A stretch of 64,000 bases of DNA from an uncultured Prevotellaceae bacterium (GTDB lineage Bacteria; Bacteroidota; Bacteroidia; Bacteroidales; Muribaculaceae). Position numbers and translations under genes: made by a program. A model generated the notes under the pieces. It had not been told where the DNA came from, did no database searches, and saw only the letters and a program-made list of their open reading frames with translations. Below, one piece after another: positions 20,154-29,690 of the stretch. Each line of letters opens with the position of its first letter. Position 1 is the first letter of the stretch. The DNA lies in assembly GCA_947302275.1 (NCBI GenBank), contig CAMYUW010000010.1:8661-72660 (forward strand), in the 5' to 3' direction.

Positions 20154-20994
20154 AAGCGTCAATCATTGAACCAGGTGTAACATTGATTATTATTGCATTA
20201 AATGAAGATGCTATTCTTCGCAACAATTCATGTCCTTTAAAAATTCCTGCATACTCTGATAGAAAATGGCTCATAGTATAGGCAGTTTTAACCCCTGTAT
20301 AAGTATGGAATATCGGCACTACATCAGGGTTCTCATCGTAAAAATGTGTCGTTTTCTTGCATACCTGGTTATTATCATTCACACATAGGCCATCAAAAAA
20401 AGTATGGTCTGCTCCATATAAGAAGATTTCCTTGTAACCACTCAGTAAAGACACATAAATACAGTGGTGCAAAACACTGCCAAAGTTAACTCCAATTAAT
20501 CCATGTTGTGCTATCCAGTTCAGAAAAAGGCAATCATAAGGTGGTGTGACCTGATGAAATGGAATCAATGAAATATTCTGATTCGTAAACTTTCCCTGCC
20601 ATACCTTATCTTTCCAAAATCGGTAAGGCACAAATAAGGTAATCGGCCATGTAGTTTTAGCATTGATATTTACAAAGAAATCGGCTACTCGATCCTCCTG
20701 TCCTGGTGCATCATAAAACATCGGGTCGCTAATAACGTGGTATTTCGGCTTAATGATTTCATACCGCTCATCATTAGTAAAAAAATTCATCGACATCATG
20801 CAGTCAGTGAGATATCGTTTGTTATTAATGATGTCTGTTAGACTTTGATTTAAAGATGGGCCATTCGCCAAAATATAGATGCACTCTTGATTGGCAACAT
20901 GCGGAATGTGGTTGCGCATATCTTCTTGTCGGCATAGCTTGATCAAGAAATTTGCAAGTTCTATTGATCGCCTTATATTATACTTTATTCTCAT
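20137..20994 (-). CDS. GT42/Cst-II- or Maf/DUF115-like putative CMP-ulosonate transferase
   Basis: ILANGPSL...MNFF...GYKEIFLYGADH resembles the Cst-II motifs IAGNGPSL...CNQF...GYKEIYLSGIDF. Confidence 0.65.
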   Translation of the reverse strand: MRIKYNIRRSIELANFLIKLCRQEDMRNHIPHVANQECIYILANGPSLNQSLTDIINNKRYLTDCMMSMNFFTNDERYEIIKPKYHVISDPMFYDAPGQEDRVADFFVNINAKTTWPITLFVPYRFWKDKVWQGKFTNQNISLIPFHQVTPPYDCLFLNWIAQHGLIGVNFGSVLHHCIYVSLLSGYKEIFLYGADHTFFDGLCVNDNNQVCKKTTHFYDENPDVVPIFHTYTGVKTAYTMSHFLSEYAGIFKGHELLRRIASSFNAIIINVTPGSMIDAYERQV

Positions 20995-22511
20995 TTCTTA
21001 ATACGCACTACTTGATAAATAAAACCCTTCAAGTATTTTCTTTCGGATGCTGTTAATAGTAGTAGTGAGTAAATTATTACTGACAACAATACCGAAATCA
21101 CTGTTGTAAAAATCAAATTTATTAATCTACTATTGCAGATGTTTGGAATCAGAAAAGAGACAGCTGTCGAAAAAGCGAAGCAACAACAACCTATTAACAC
21201 AACAGAAATCAAATACCGTTTTGGCTTGAAGTTCGTCAACTTATCCAGAAAAGCCACTCTAGTGATGAGCATGAGGGCGTTTGCGCCAATATTTCCCATC
21301 ATACAGTATACAGGGGAAAGCCCTAACCACAACACAATCCATGCATACGGCAATACCAAAAAACAAATGATAAACATTGCAATCTGATAATCCTTCATTT
21401 TACCTGTTGCGCCAATAGCTGTCCACAAAGGGGCAGCAAAAGAGTCTACCAATACCGCTAGCAGAGTGCAGATCGTAAAAGAAGGTGCAAAGTCTGGATA
21501 TTTGCCTAACCACAAATAGAGAACATCGTCGATTCTGCATATCATTGGAATCACCACTATAGACATCAACATAAAAGAGATCTTTGAACTTCTGCTAATG
21601 AGCTCGTGGTACCCTTTTATGTCATTCTCTGCATAGGATTTTACAATCTGAGGGCTAAACGCTGTAGTAAAGTTATTCATGAAACCGCTTACCGCCCCAC
21701 TAACTGCATTTGCTATACCTACAGCTGCATTCACAATTACATTTATATAGATATTTAATAGCATGTTAACGCCTTGACTCCGAGCTATGTTTGAAACGCC
21801 TCCAAACAAACTCCAACCAGAATAGCTCAACATATTATTAAATATACTTTTTTCAAAGATGAAAGAATATTTTGAAGGACTAAACGTTTTATTGCAAAAG
21901 ACAATATAAGCCAACGCAACTAATGCTGTCACAGCCAATTGAATCAGAGAATAAGCGATTAGATAGTCGATGCCTAACAAAGGAATGAAGAATACGGGCA
22001 GCAATTTAAAAACGACTTCTGCTATTGAAAAATAGGCAAAGAAATCCATCCGCTCATAGGCTATAATCAGTGCAGAGTACGGTACTCGTGCAACTGAAAT
22101 AAAAGAGGACAAAACCGAAATATGGAATGTCCATAATGCTGCACGATGTCGATCAGGAGGTATGTTAAGCTTTGTATAAAAGAACCACAAGCCTATCGTT
22201 TCGAGCAGGACAGAGAGGAGCAGTCCGAGCAGAATGTGCAAATTGACCGAAGTACAAAATACTCTTCGTGTATTACTCTCATCTCTTGTTCCTAAGCTGA
22301 AAGACAAAAAGCGCTGCGTCGCTCCCGATAAAGAAGTATTCAGGAAAGCAAATAATGTAACAACACCTGCTACAACATTATAGATACCATAATCTTCAAC
22401 ACCTAAAATCTGCAAGACAACCCTTGATGTGTAAAGCGACACAATCATCAAGAAGATCATCCGCAAATATAAGGTAGCAGTATTGCGGGCTATGGTTCTA
22501 TAATTTGCCAT
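20991..22511 (-). CDS. Wzx-type (MOP/MATE) polysaccharide flippase
   Basis: IARNTATLYLRM...LYTSRVVLQILGVEDYGIY N-terminus; 12 or more TM segments. Confidence 0.9.
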   Translation of the reverse strand: MANYRTIARNTATLYLRMIFLMIVSLYTSRVVLQILGVEDYGIYNVVAGVVTLFAFLNTSLSGATQRFLSFSLGTRDESNTRRVFCTSVNLHILLGLLLSVLLETIGLWFFYTKLNIPPDRHRAALWTFHISVLSSFISVARVPYSALIIAYERMDFFAYFSIAEVVFKLLPVFFIPLLGIDYLIAYSLIQLAVTALVALAYIVFCNKTFSPSKYSFIFEKSIFNNMLSYSGWSLFGGVSNIARSQGVNMLLNIYINVIVNAAVGIANAVSGAVSGFMNNFTTAFSPQIVKSYAENDIKGYHELISRSSKISFMLMSIVVIPMICRIDDVLYLWLGKYPDFAPSFTICTLLAVLVDSFAAPLWTAIGATGKMKDYQIAMFIICFLVLPYAWIVLWLGLSPVYCMMGNIGANALMLITRVAFLDKLTNFKPKRYLISVVLIGCCCFAFSTAVSFLIPNICNSRLINLIFTTVISVLLSVIIYSLLLLTASERKYLKGFIYQVVRIKK

Positions 22512-22625
22512 TTGAAATGTCAAACAAACATCATATTTGAAAATAAGAAGAGATGCCCATTTAATCAGAATCAGTTCATAAAGCTATCAACTCTACTCAA
22601 CTGGCCCATATAAACAGATATCACA

Positions 22626-23270
22626 TTATGACTTATAGTCAATAATTCTTTCAGCAAATTCAAAATCTTCGGGCCAGTCTATATCAATGCCCTCAACCTT
22701 ATCAACAACCGCTATATATGGATTAAACCCAATGCGTTGTTTGTGAATCTTCCAAATGTCCCTCTTAAAAATAAAGAATGCACTGGTTTCAATATATATC
22801 GGTTCTATCGTCTGAGTTCGAGGGATATTAGTTAATTCATAATTCAAGGGGCATCCTTTATACCACGCAAAAGTTTGTATCTTCTCTGCACTAAATGCCG
22901 AATCATATCCTTCTTGAGTTACTTTATGTAAAGCTTTTTGTATGGTTTCAGGTTTTATGAATGGTGACGTGGTATGAGCTAAGATGTAGACATCAGCTTC
23001 CACGGTCTTCGTAAACTCTTCATAGATCTCTTGACCTAATGTTTCATCTCGATCTAAAAAAGCCGGACGTTTAAGGAATCTAATACCCTTCGGCAGATAT
23101 GTTTGTATCTCGTCTTGACTGCAATAGACATAGACCTCATCAATATCTTTTACCTGAGAAAGTGTTTCTAGAACATAACACATCATGGGTTTCCCACCCA
23201 GATCTTTTAAGTTCTTACCCACCACCCTTTTACTATTCAATCTGATGGGAACAAATGCCACTGTTTTCAT
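22626..23270 (-). CDS. Acylneuraminate/ulosonate cytidylyltransferase (NeuA/KdsB family)
   Basis: PIRLNSKRVVGKN, TSPF and IDIDWPEDF motifs. Confidence 0.9.
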   Translation of the reverse strand: MKTVAFVPIRLNSKRVVGKNLKDLGGKPMMCYVLETLSQVKDIDEVYVYCSQDEIQTYLPKGIRFLKRPAFLDRDETLGQEIYEEFTKTVEADVYILAHTTSPFIKPETIQKALHKVTQEGYDSAFSAEKIQTFAWYKGCPLNYELTNIPRTQTIEPIYIETSAFFIFKRDIWKIHKQRIGFNPYIAVVDKVEGIDIDWPEDFEFAERIIDYKS

Positions 23271-23314
23271 TTCCTGTAAAATAATATATATTTAACTAGC
23301 CATTACAAATAAGA

Positions 23315-24268
23315 TTATGTACAGCTGAATGAATCGATAATACCAACTAATTTTTGATTATCATCCACCACAATTAAAGAGTGTATATTGTGTTTCCTCA
23401 TTAGGCTACCTGCCTCTTCCAACTTAGCTTGATAATGAATAGTCTTAGGAGTGGTCGCCATAATCTCGCCCACTTTAAGATCAAAAAAGCTGTCTTGCCG
23501 ATTTTGCATTGCGCGCCTTACGTCTCCATCAGTGACAACACCGATAATAGCATCACCGTCTAACACCACAGCAATACCTTGTTTGGTTTTACTGATTTCA
23601 ATAATTGTCTCACTGACAGGAGTTTCAGCAGAAACGATAGGAAGATTAGTTGAAATCATATAATCCTTTACCCTTGATAGTAAACGTTTTCCTAAGCTTC
23701 CACCTGGATGGAACTGAGCAAAATCAGAAGCCTCAAACTTGCGAACCTCCATGAGAGCACATGCGAGTGCATCTCCCATTGCTAAAGTTGCAACAGTTGA
23801 TGATGTTGGCACCAAATTCAACCGATCAGCCTCACGTTCAACTTTTATATTCAAATGATAAGTTGAATATTGTGCCAACAAGGAATTCGGGTTACCTGAC
23901 ATTCCAATAATCGGAATATTCCGTTCAATCAGGAGAGGTATGAATCTTAAGAGTTCATCAGTATTACCTGAATAACTAATGGCCATAACCACATCATCTG
24001 ATGTAAACATCCCCAAGTCGCCATGATATGCATCAAGAGGATTCACAAAGAAGGACGGAGTACCGGTACTAGCTAGAGTTGCCGCAATTTTAGCTCCAAT
24101 ATGGCCAGACTTACCAACACCTGTGATTATAAATCTTCCTTTACAATTATATATCAGATTTACAGCTTGAGAGAAATCATCAGTTAATAAAGATGCGAGC
24201 CCCATAATAGCAGAGGACTCATCATTAAAGCAATTAATTGCAATTTGATTCACATCTTTCATAATCAT
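23315..24268 (-). CDS. KpsF/GutQ arabinose-5-phosphate isomerase (SIS domain plus CBS pair)
   Basis: GVGKSGHIG, STGTP, HGDLG, PTSST, FHPGGSLG and TDGDVRR motifs. Confidence 0.94.
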   Translation of the reverse strand: MIMKDVNQIAINCFNDESSAIMGLASLLTDDFSQAVNLIYNCKGRFIITGVGKSGHIGAKIAATLASTGTPSFFVNPLDAYHGDLGMFTSDDVVMAISYSGNTDELLRFIPLLIERNIPIIGMSGNPNSLLAQYSTYHLNIKVEREADRLNLVPTSSTVATLAMGDALACALMEVRKFEASDFAQFHPGGSLGKRLLSRVKDYMISTNLPIVSAETPVSETIIEISKTKQGIAVVLDGDAIIGVVTDGDVRRAMQNRQDSFFDLKVGEIMATTPKTIHYQAKLEEAGSLMRKHNIHSLIVVDDNQKLVGIIDSFSCT

Positions 24269-24857
24269 TACATTTGAGGTATATATTAAAAAGGTTAATT
24301 ATTCTTTCAAGTTTCACTATCTATTATAAAAAAGCTTTAACGCTTCATTACAAAAAAGCAGCAATTATGGGTATTACAAGCAGGGTCGTCGGATCTTGGA
24401 GGACCTGGCGAACTGTGTTAGAGCGGGTAAGGCTGGGGACACTATCGCAGTAGTCATTATCAGCGGGTTACCAGTTGTATGTAGAGTGGAGGGATACGGA
24501 ATATGTTTGTTTATAAATGCCGATGACCTCCACTTTAAATGACAAAAGTAGGTCTTTTTGGTGATTTGTGCAACATTTAGCGCACAAAATGGCTAAAGAG
24601 CGGGGGTCAAAATGTGACCGTCTCCTCAGGCGAATATTTGATACTTAAGCCAAAAATCAATATAATTATTTCTTAATCCTTTGATTCTTAGAGCCTTTTT
24701 AACTCAAATAGTCACGGCCACAAACAGAGCGCAAGTCAATAAATATCAACCCCTTATAAAAGAGATCGAGTTTTCAGAGAACACCTTTTACTAAAAAATA
24801 CAAAATATCCTATTACAATACCAATATCACTGAAGCTGCCATCTTCAAAAAAAGAAG

Positions 24858-25715
24858 TCAAGAATAAACCACACCATTAACTTCCAATATTGTATCATGC
24901 CTATCTAAGCCATACCTTCTTTCTTCTGACGGCGGCGTCATATAATCGCCGTATGCTTTCGTCAAAATTTCATGATAATTATCAGGAATTAGTACCTGAA
25001 GATCGTCAAATTTAACTTTTTTTAAAGAAAAACCAGAACTCCAAATAACAGGACGAAGCCCACCTTCAACAATCCCCATACGATTGCTTGTTCTTGTTTC
25101 GTCTACTGTCATATTATAGATTAAATGCTCGATCCCTTTTTCGGTGCATATCAACCGTAAAATATGCATTAAATATAACACGATAATTTTCAAATATTTG
25201 TATTTACTATTTCCATTTCGAAACACGCGCATCATGAAACGCTTTTCGTCCCAATTTAATTTTGATATAGATAGAAATATTCTGAGTCTGTTCTTTAAAG
25301 ATATATTTGATAAATATCTTTCCTTGATGTAATCAACACAAAAAATATCAACTGTTATAAATTTATTGATCTTTAAATCTTCGCCAATTTTAAGACAGTA
25401 TTTTGTGCCCAATTTTCCAATTTTTAGTTCAGACACATATTTTACTGAACCAGATCCATTTACCCACAAATTATATTTGCGATTAAAATCATCATCATTT
25501 TTTATGCACTCAAAAAAACGATAATAGTTATCACGTGTCATTGCTATGTCAATGTCATCATCCCATGGTATCACCCCATGATGACGTACAGCACCTATCA
25601 GTGAACCATACATCATGAAATATTCTATATCATGTTTCTCACAAAAGGATATAATATCTTTAAGAATTCCACGACTTATATTCTGGATAATTTGTCTCTG
25701 TTCTGTTGTATTCAT
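24858..25715 (-). CDS. LicD family phosphotransferase
   Basis: YGSLIGAVRHHGVIPWDDDIDI, VDIF and YGDYMTPP motifs. Confidence 0.93.
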   Translation of the reverse strand: MNTTEQRQIIQNISRGILKDIISFCEKHDIEYFMMYGSLIGAVRHHGVIPWDDDIDIAMTRDNYYRFFECIKNDDDFNRKYNLWVNGSGSVKYVSELKIGKLGTKYCLKIGEDLKINKFITVDIFCVDYIKERYLSNISLKNRLRIFLSISKLNWDEKRFMMRVFRNGNSKYKYLKIIVLYLMHILRLICTEKGIEHLIYNMTVDETRTSNRMGIVEGGLRPVIWSSGFSLKKVKFDDLQVLIPDNYHEILTKAYGDYMTPPSEERRYGLDRHDTILEVNGVVYS

Positions 25716-25813
25716 TCTTTTTTTTGATTAGGAAAACGATTATAGCTCAATAAAAATTAATACCGTTAAAGTATACAAAAAAAAAATTAAAAGTATACCA
25801 GTTTTAATCACTG

Positions 25814-25821
25814 CAAAGATA
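25814..25821 (-). promoter_or_regulatory. -7 promoter element upstream of the LicD gene
   Basis: TATCTTTG about 100 nt upstream of the ATG at 25715. Confidence 0.55.
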
Positions 25822-25877
25822 CGAATAGTTTGTTATTCATTGTTTATAATTGAATATTTTTTCTTTGACTTAGGGCA

Positions 25878-27045
25878 CTAAGCTCCTCGGGAATGGCACG
25901 GCTGAAATACAGGGTCGGGGGCACTACTCGCTGACCACCAGGAAAGGGGACGGCATGCTGTCGATTGCCTTAGGGGGCATCTGTTGGGCTCAGGGGTGAG
26001 GTATTGATTTAGGCAAGGAAACTTATTGTCGAGCCAGGAGAAGAGGGGCTTTTCTAATAGCATCTGCCTGAGGATGACAATGATAGTGCACACCACGGAT
26101 ACCATCAGCATAGCACAAATGGCATGTAGCCACAAGCAGTCACTGGAGAAATAGTCCTTAGCACAGAAGACATCATTTCAGATCCACTCTCAGAAGTTGG
26201 GGTGGTCGTGGATCAAGAAAATGCCAAAAGTAGTAGTCGCTATCTGGTTGACCCACCTGGTCTGTCCTATGTTGATGCACTTGAACAAGCAGAACAACGA
26301 GATGGCTGTAAGAACCGCCAATATTTTATTGGAATCGGCCATGAGAAAATAATTGGAGAAGGCTAACCTATGCTTGGAACACACGAAAAAACAGTATTTG
26401 CACGGGTACATAGCTACAAAGAGACCACGGCCAGCCATATGGAATTTTTCACGTCGGAAAGCAGTGTGGGCGGATATTTCTTTATATATTTATATAGACG
26501 GTGACATGCCATCAGATCTGGTTGGGGGACTGGTTATAGAAAAATGAACTCGTGATAGTGAAAATGAACAGTAACACCAGCAATAGCCTTATGTGGTTTT
26601 TCCTGTCAAGTGCGTCAATCAAGATATTGATAAAGGTGTCAACAGGAACAGAGTCAGAAATGTTAGTGCAAAATCATCACTCATGTGCATCGCCACGCAA
26701 ACAGGGTGTCAATGCAATACTTGAATGTTTGCGGTTTCCAGCAGCCCAGAAGATGACGGGAATCAGCAAAGAGTAAAACTTGATCCAAGTACAGTTTCAG
26801 GAATTTTTTACATGTTAAGCGTTGCATGCACATAAAGTAACATGTAATCAACAGAAAACAGTTGACACAAACCTTTCCTCCCAAATCCCAAAGGATGAGA
26901 AAAAGCTGTTTGACGATGACGTGGTCGTAGTTTTACAGGTTATGCATTCCATTATGGCAAACGTAGTGATGGACTATAATTATAAGCATTAGGAGAATCC
27001 TGAACAGTTCAATGTTGGTGTCTCTATCTTTTTTACTGTCGTCAT
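25878..27045 (-). pseudogene. Acyltransferase 3 (OafA-like) pseudogene
   Basis: Fragments in different frames: RDTNIELFRILLMLIIIVHH (frameshifted from the ATG at 27045 within an A6 run), GGKVCVNCFLLITCYF and TTFGIFLIHDHP. Several frameshifts and stops. Confidence 0.82.
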
Positions 27046-27070
27046 TGACTCACGAGTTGGTTTACTATTG

Positions 27071-27724
27071 TTACTTGATGTAGGGGCGGATGGCGTCGCG
27101 CCAGATGAGGTAGCCCTTGCCTATGAGGTGGAGGCCGTCGTTGGTGAGATCGGCGCGAAGGCGGCCTTGCTCGTCGGCAAACAGGGGGTAGAGGTTGATC
27201 CAGATAACGCCTTGACGACGAGCGACTTGTTCAAGAAGCAGATTTGCCTCGACAACGACGTGGTCACGGCCCTTAAGGAGCTTCCACTCTCGCACGTCGT
27301 TGTTAAACGGCAAAAGGCTCTGAAGATAGATCTTGGTACGCGGGGAGCCTTGCTTGACCATAACGATAAGTTTCTCCATCGCTCGAGCAATACTATCGGC
27401 ACTCACCTCATGAGAAATGTCATTGACTCCGCACATAACGAACAGTTTCTTGGGCTGCCCCTTGATGATAGGGTCGATGCGGTCAATCAGGCCCTGGACA
27501 ATGTCGCCCACGATTCCGCGGTTCTTGATATGACTATTGCCCAGCAACTCATTGAACTCGCAACCGTCGGTGAGGCTATTGCCGAGCATAACGATGTCCT
27601 TTTTGCCGATGGGCAACTCATCGAAAAGGGTCGCCCGTCGAGCATAGTAGGGGTCCTGGTTGGCCTGCGCCATCATGGTGAGGCACATCAGTGCCACCAC
27701 CATGAGGATTGATAATCTTTTCAT
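27071..27724 (-). CDS. Secreted SGNH/GDSL esterase (O-acetylesterase-like)
   Basis: Signal peptide; GNSLT, NRGI, GVND and DGLH blocks. Confidence 0.9.
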   Translation of the reverse strand: MKRLSILMVVALMCLTMMAQANQDPYYARRATLFDELPIGKKDIVMLGNSLTDGCEFNELLGNSHIKNRGIVGDIVQGLIDRIDPIIKGQPKKLFVMCGVNDISHEVSADSIARAMEKLIVMVKQGSPRTKIYLQSLLPFNNDVREWKLLKGRDHVVVEANLLLEQVARRQGVIWINLYPLFADEQGRLRADLTNDGLHLIGKGYLIWRDAIRPYIK

Positions 27725-27870
27725 TACACAATTCATTGGTTACAGAGACTGTATCACAATCCATGCCTGAAACTTTGATCAGCCGAGAAGCCGAGAAGCA
27801 CGGACACTATTATCGTCTAGAATGATAACACAGCCTCATAGGTTAACATTGTGGCAATGCGATCGAGTTG

Positions 27871-28689
27871 TTAACTGTTACCACGATAAGCATCGATGGC
27901 CTTTTTCACCGAACCGTGGAGCAAGAGCAGGCGCTTGGCGTCTTCGTAAGGGAGTTTCAGTTCCTCGACCAGCCAGCGTGTGCCACGGTCCACGAGTTTT
28001 TGGTTAGTGAGCTGCATATTCACCATCTTGTTTCCCTTGACGCGCCCCATCTGAATCATCACGCTGGTCGAAATCATGTTGCAGATGAGTTTCTGGCCAG
28101 TGCCGCTCTTCATACGCGAGCTGCCAGTGACATATTCAGGACCTACAATCATTTCAATTGGGATTTCTGCTGCTTCGCTAATGGGTGCATCCGGATTGCT
28201 GGTAATTGCCGCTGTCAGGCAGCCGTGAGCGCGAGCATCCCGCAAGGCGCCGATGACATAGGGTGTAGTCCCTGATGCCGCAATGCCAATGACCGTGTCG
28301 AGCGGCGTCACATTGTACTCCAGCAGGTCTTTCCAGCCCTGCTCGGTATCATCCTCGGCATTCTCGACGGCGTTACGCAAGGCAACATCGCCACCAGCTA
28401 TGATACCGATAATCCACCCGGGCGACATACCAAAAGTGGGTGGAATCTCGCTAGCATCGAGCACACCCAAGCGGCCACTAGTGCCCGCACCCATGTAGAA
28501 GATGCGGCCACCTTTCTTCATGCGTTCGACAATGCCTGTCACCAGACGTTCAATCTGTGGTATCGCCCTCTGCACCGCATCGGCCACCTTGTGGTCCTCC
28601 TGGTTGATTTCGGTGAGGAGTTCGCGCACCGACTTCTGCTCCAGGTTATCATATAGCGACTCTTGTTCGCTGATTTTCACAAATGCCAT
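27871..28689 (-). CDS. murQ: N-acetylmuramic acid 6-phosphate etherase
   Basis: GAGTSGRLGVLDASEIPPTFG, GPEYVTGSSRMKSGTGQK and NQKLVDR motifs. Confidence 0.96.
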   Translation of the reverse strand: MAFVKISEQESLYDNLEQKSVRELLTEINQEDHKVADAVQRAIPQIERLVTGIVERMKKGGRIFYMGAGTSGRLGVLDASEIPPTFGMSPGWIIGIIAGGDVALRNAVENAEDDTEQGWKDLLEYNVTPLDTVIGIAASGTTPYVIGALRDARAHGCLTAAITSNPDAPISEAAEIPIEMIVGPEYVTGSSRMKSGTGQKLICNMISTSVMIQMGRVKGNKMVNMQLTNQKLVDRGTRWLVEELKLPYEDAKRLLLLHGSVKKAIDAYRGNS

Positions 28690-28719
28690 AATCACATCAA
28701 TTTAAAAACGACAAACGAA

Positions 28720-29571
28720 TCACTCGTTGGTGGAGTGATAACGCACCAAGCCCTCCATCGGGTCCTTGATGACAGTACCGATGGTGATGCCTAAAGCATC
28801 GGCGGCTTCCTTAAGAACCGCTTTCTCACAGAAAGCGATTGATCCCACGAAATTACAAGGCAGTTCCTTGTAGCCGGGGTAGCTCGCTACATTACGGGTG
28901 AAGAAATCGGTGAACGAGCGCAGAACAATATTGCGGATTGCCGGTTCATCGATATTGTGTTCCAGGAACGGGGCGAACTGCGCCAAGAACCGGTTGGCGG
29001 CAGGTTTGCGATATACCGACGTGATGATGGTCGTATAGTCCAAGTTGTACTCCTTCATGAACTTCTCACACAAGTGCTCTGGCAGTTGTTTCTTCAGCAC
29101 ATCACCCACGAGCAGCTTGCCCAGTACAGCACCACTGCCCTCATCGCCCAGGATGTAGCCCAATGGCGAAACATTCAGCACCACCTTCTCACCGTCATAG
29201 TAGCACGAGTTGCTGCCAGTTCCCATGATGCATGCTATGCCTGGTTTACGGCCGCACACGGCACGCGCTGCGGCCAACAAGTCACTGGCCACCTCAATCT
29301 TACCAGCGCTGGGCAGATTTGCACGTAAAGCGTTGACCACTTGCGCCTTGATTTCGTCAGAGATGATGCCTGCCCCATAATAATGGATTTCATCCACTCT
29401 GTAGTTGGTCAGATGAGGCATCAGCTCGCGCTTGATTTGCTCTTTCATCTCTTCCTCCGTGAGCAGGAGGGCATTCATGCCGGTAGTGAAAATCTGAGCT
29501 ACCTTCTCTTTTCCATTGAGCAGCGTCCAATTGATTTTGGTTGAGCCGCAATCTGCAATAAGAATCATCAT
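28720..29571 (-). CDS. BadF/BadG/BcrA/BcrD-type amino-sugar kinase (MurNAc/GlcNAc kinase, MurK-like)
   Basis: ADCGSTK, YGAG, GTGSNS and LGDEGSG motifs; directly upstream of murQ. Confidence 0.88.
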   Translation of the reverse strand: MMILIADCGSTKINWTLLNGKEKVAQIFTTGMNALLLTEEEMKEQIKRELMPHLTNYRVDEIHYYGAGIISDEIKAQVVNALRANLPSAGKIEVASDLLAAARAVCGRKPGIACIMGTGSNSCYYDGEKVVLNVSPLGYILGDEGSGAVLGKLLVGDVLKKQLPEHLCEKFMKEYNLDYTTIITSVYRKPAANRFLAQFAPFLEHNIDEPAIRNIVLRSFTDFFTRNVASYPGYKELPCNFVGSIAFCEKAVLKEAADALGITIGTVIKDPMEGLVRYHSTNE

Positions 29572-29581
29572 AATTTACTTC

Positions 29582-29687
29582 AGTTTTTAGTTTTTAGTGT
29601 AAGTTTTAAGTGATTATTCCTTGTTCATCTGGCTATTGCAGGCGAGTGTAATTGTACTTAAAGCTAAAAACTTACAACCTAAAACTC
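29582..29687. repeat. Inverted arrays of degenerate AGTTTTW heptamers
   Basis: About four heptamers at 29582-29611 and about four reverse-complement heptamers at 29656-29687. Confidence 0.7.
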
Positions 29688-29690
29688 TAG

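Noticed and set aside
25768..25798. A10 tract flanked by AAAGTATAC repeats in the licD leader
   Set aside because: It lies downstream of the -7 box and outside the CDS in AT-rich DNA, so there is no clear phase-variation mechanism.
27781..27799. AGCCGAGA tandem repeat
   Set aside because: Only about 2.4 copies, intergenic, no supporting context.
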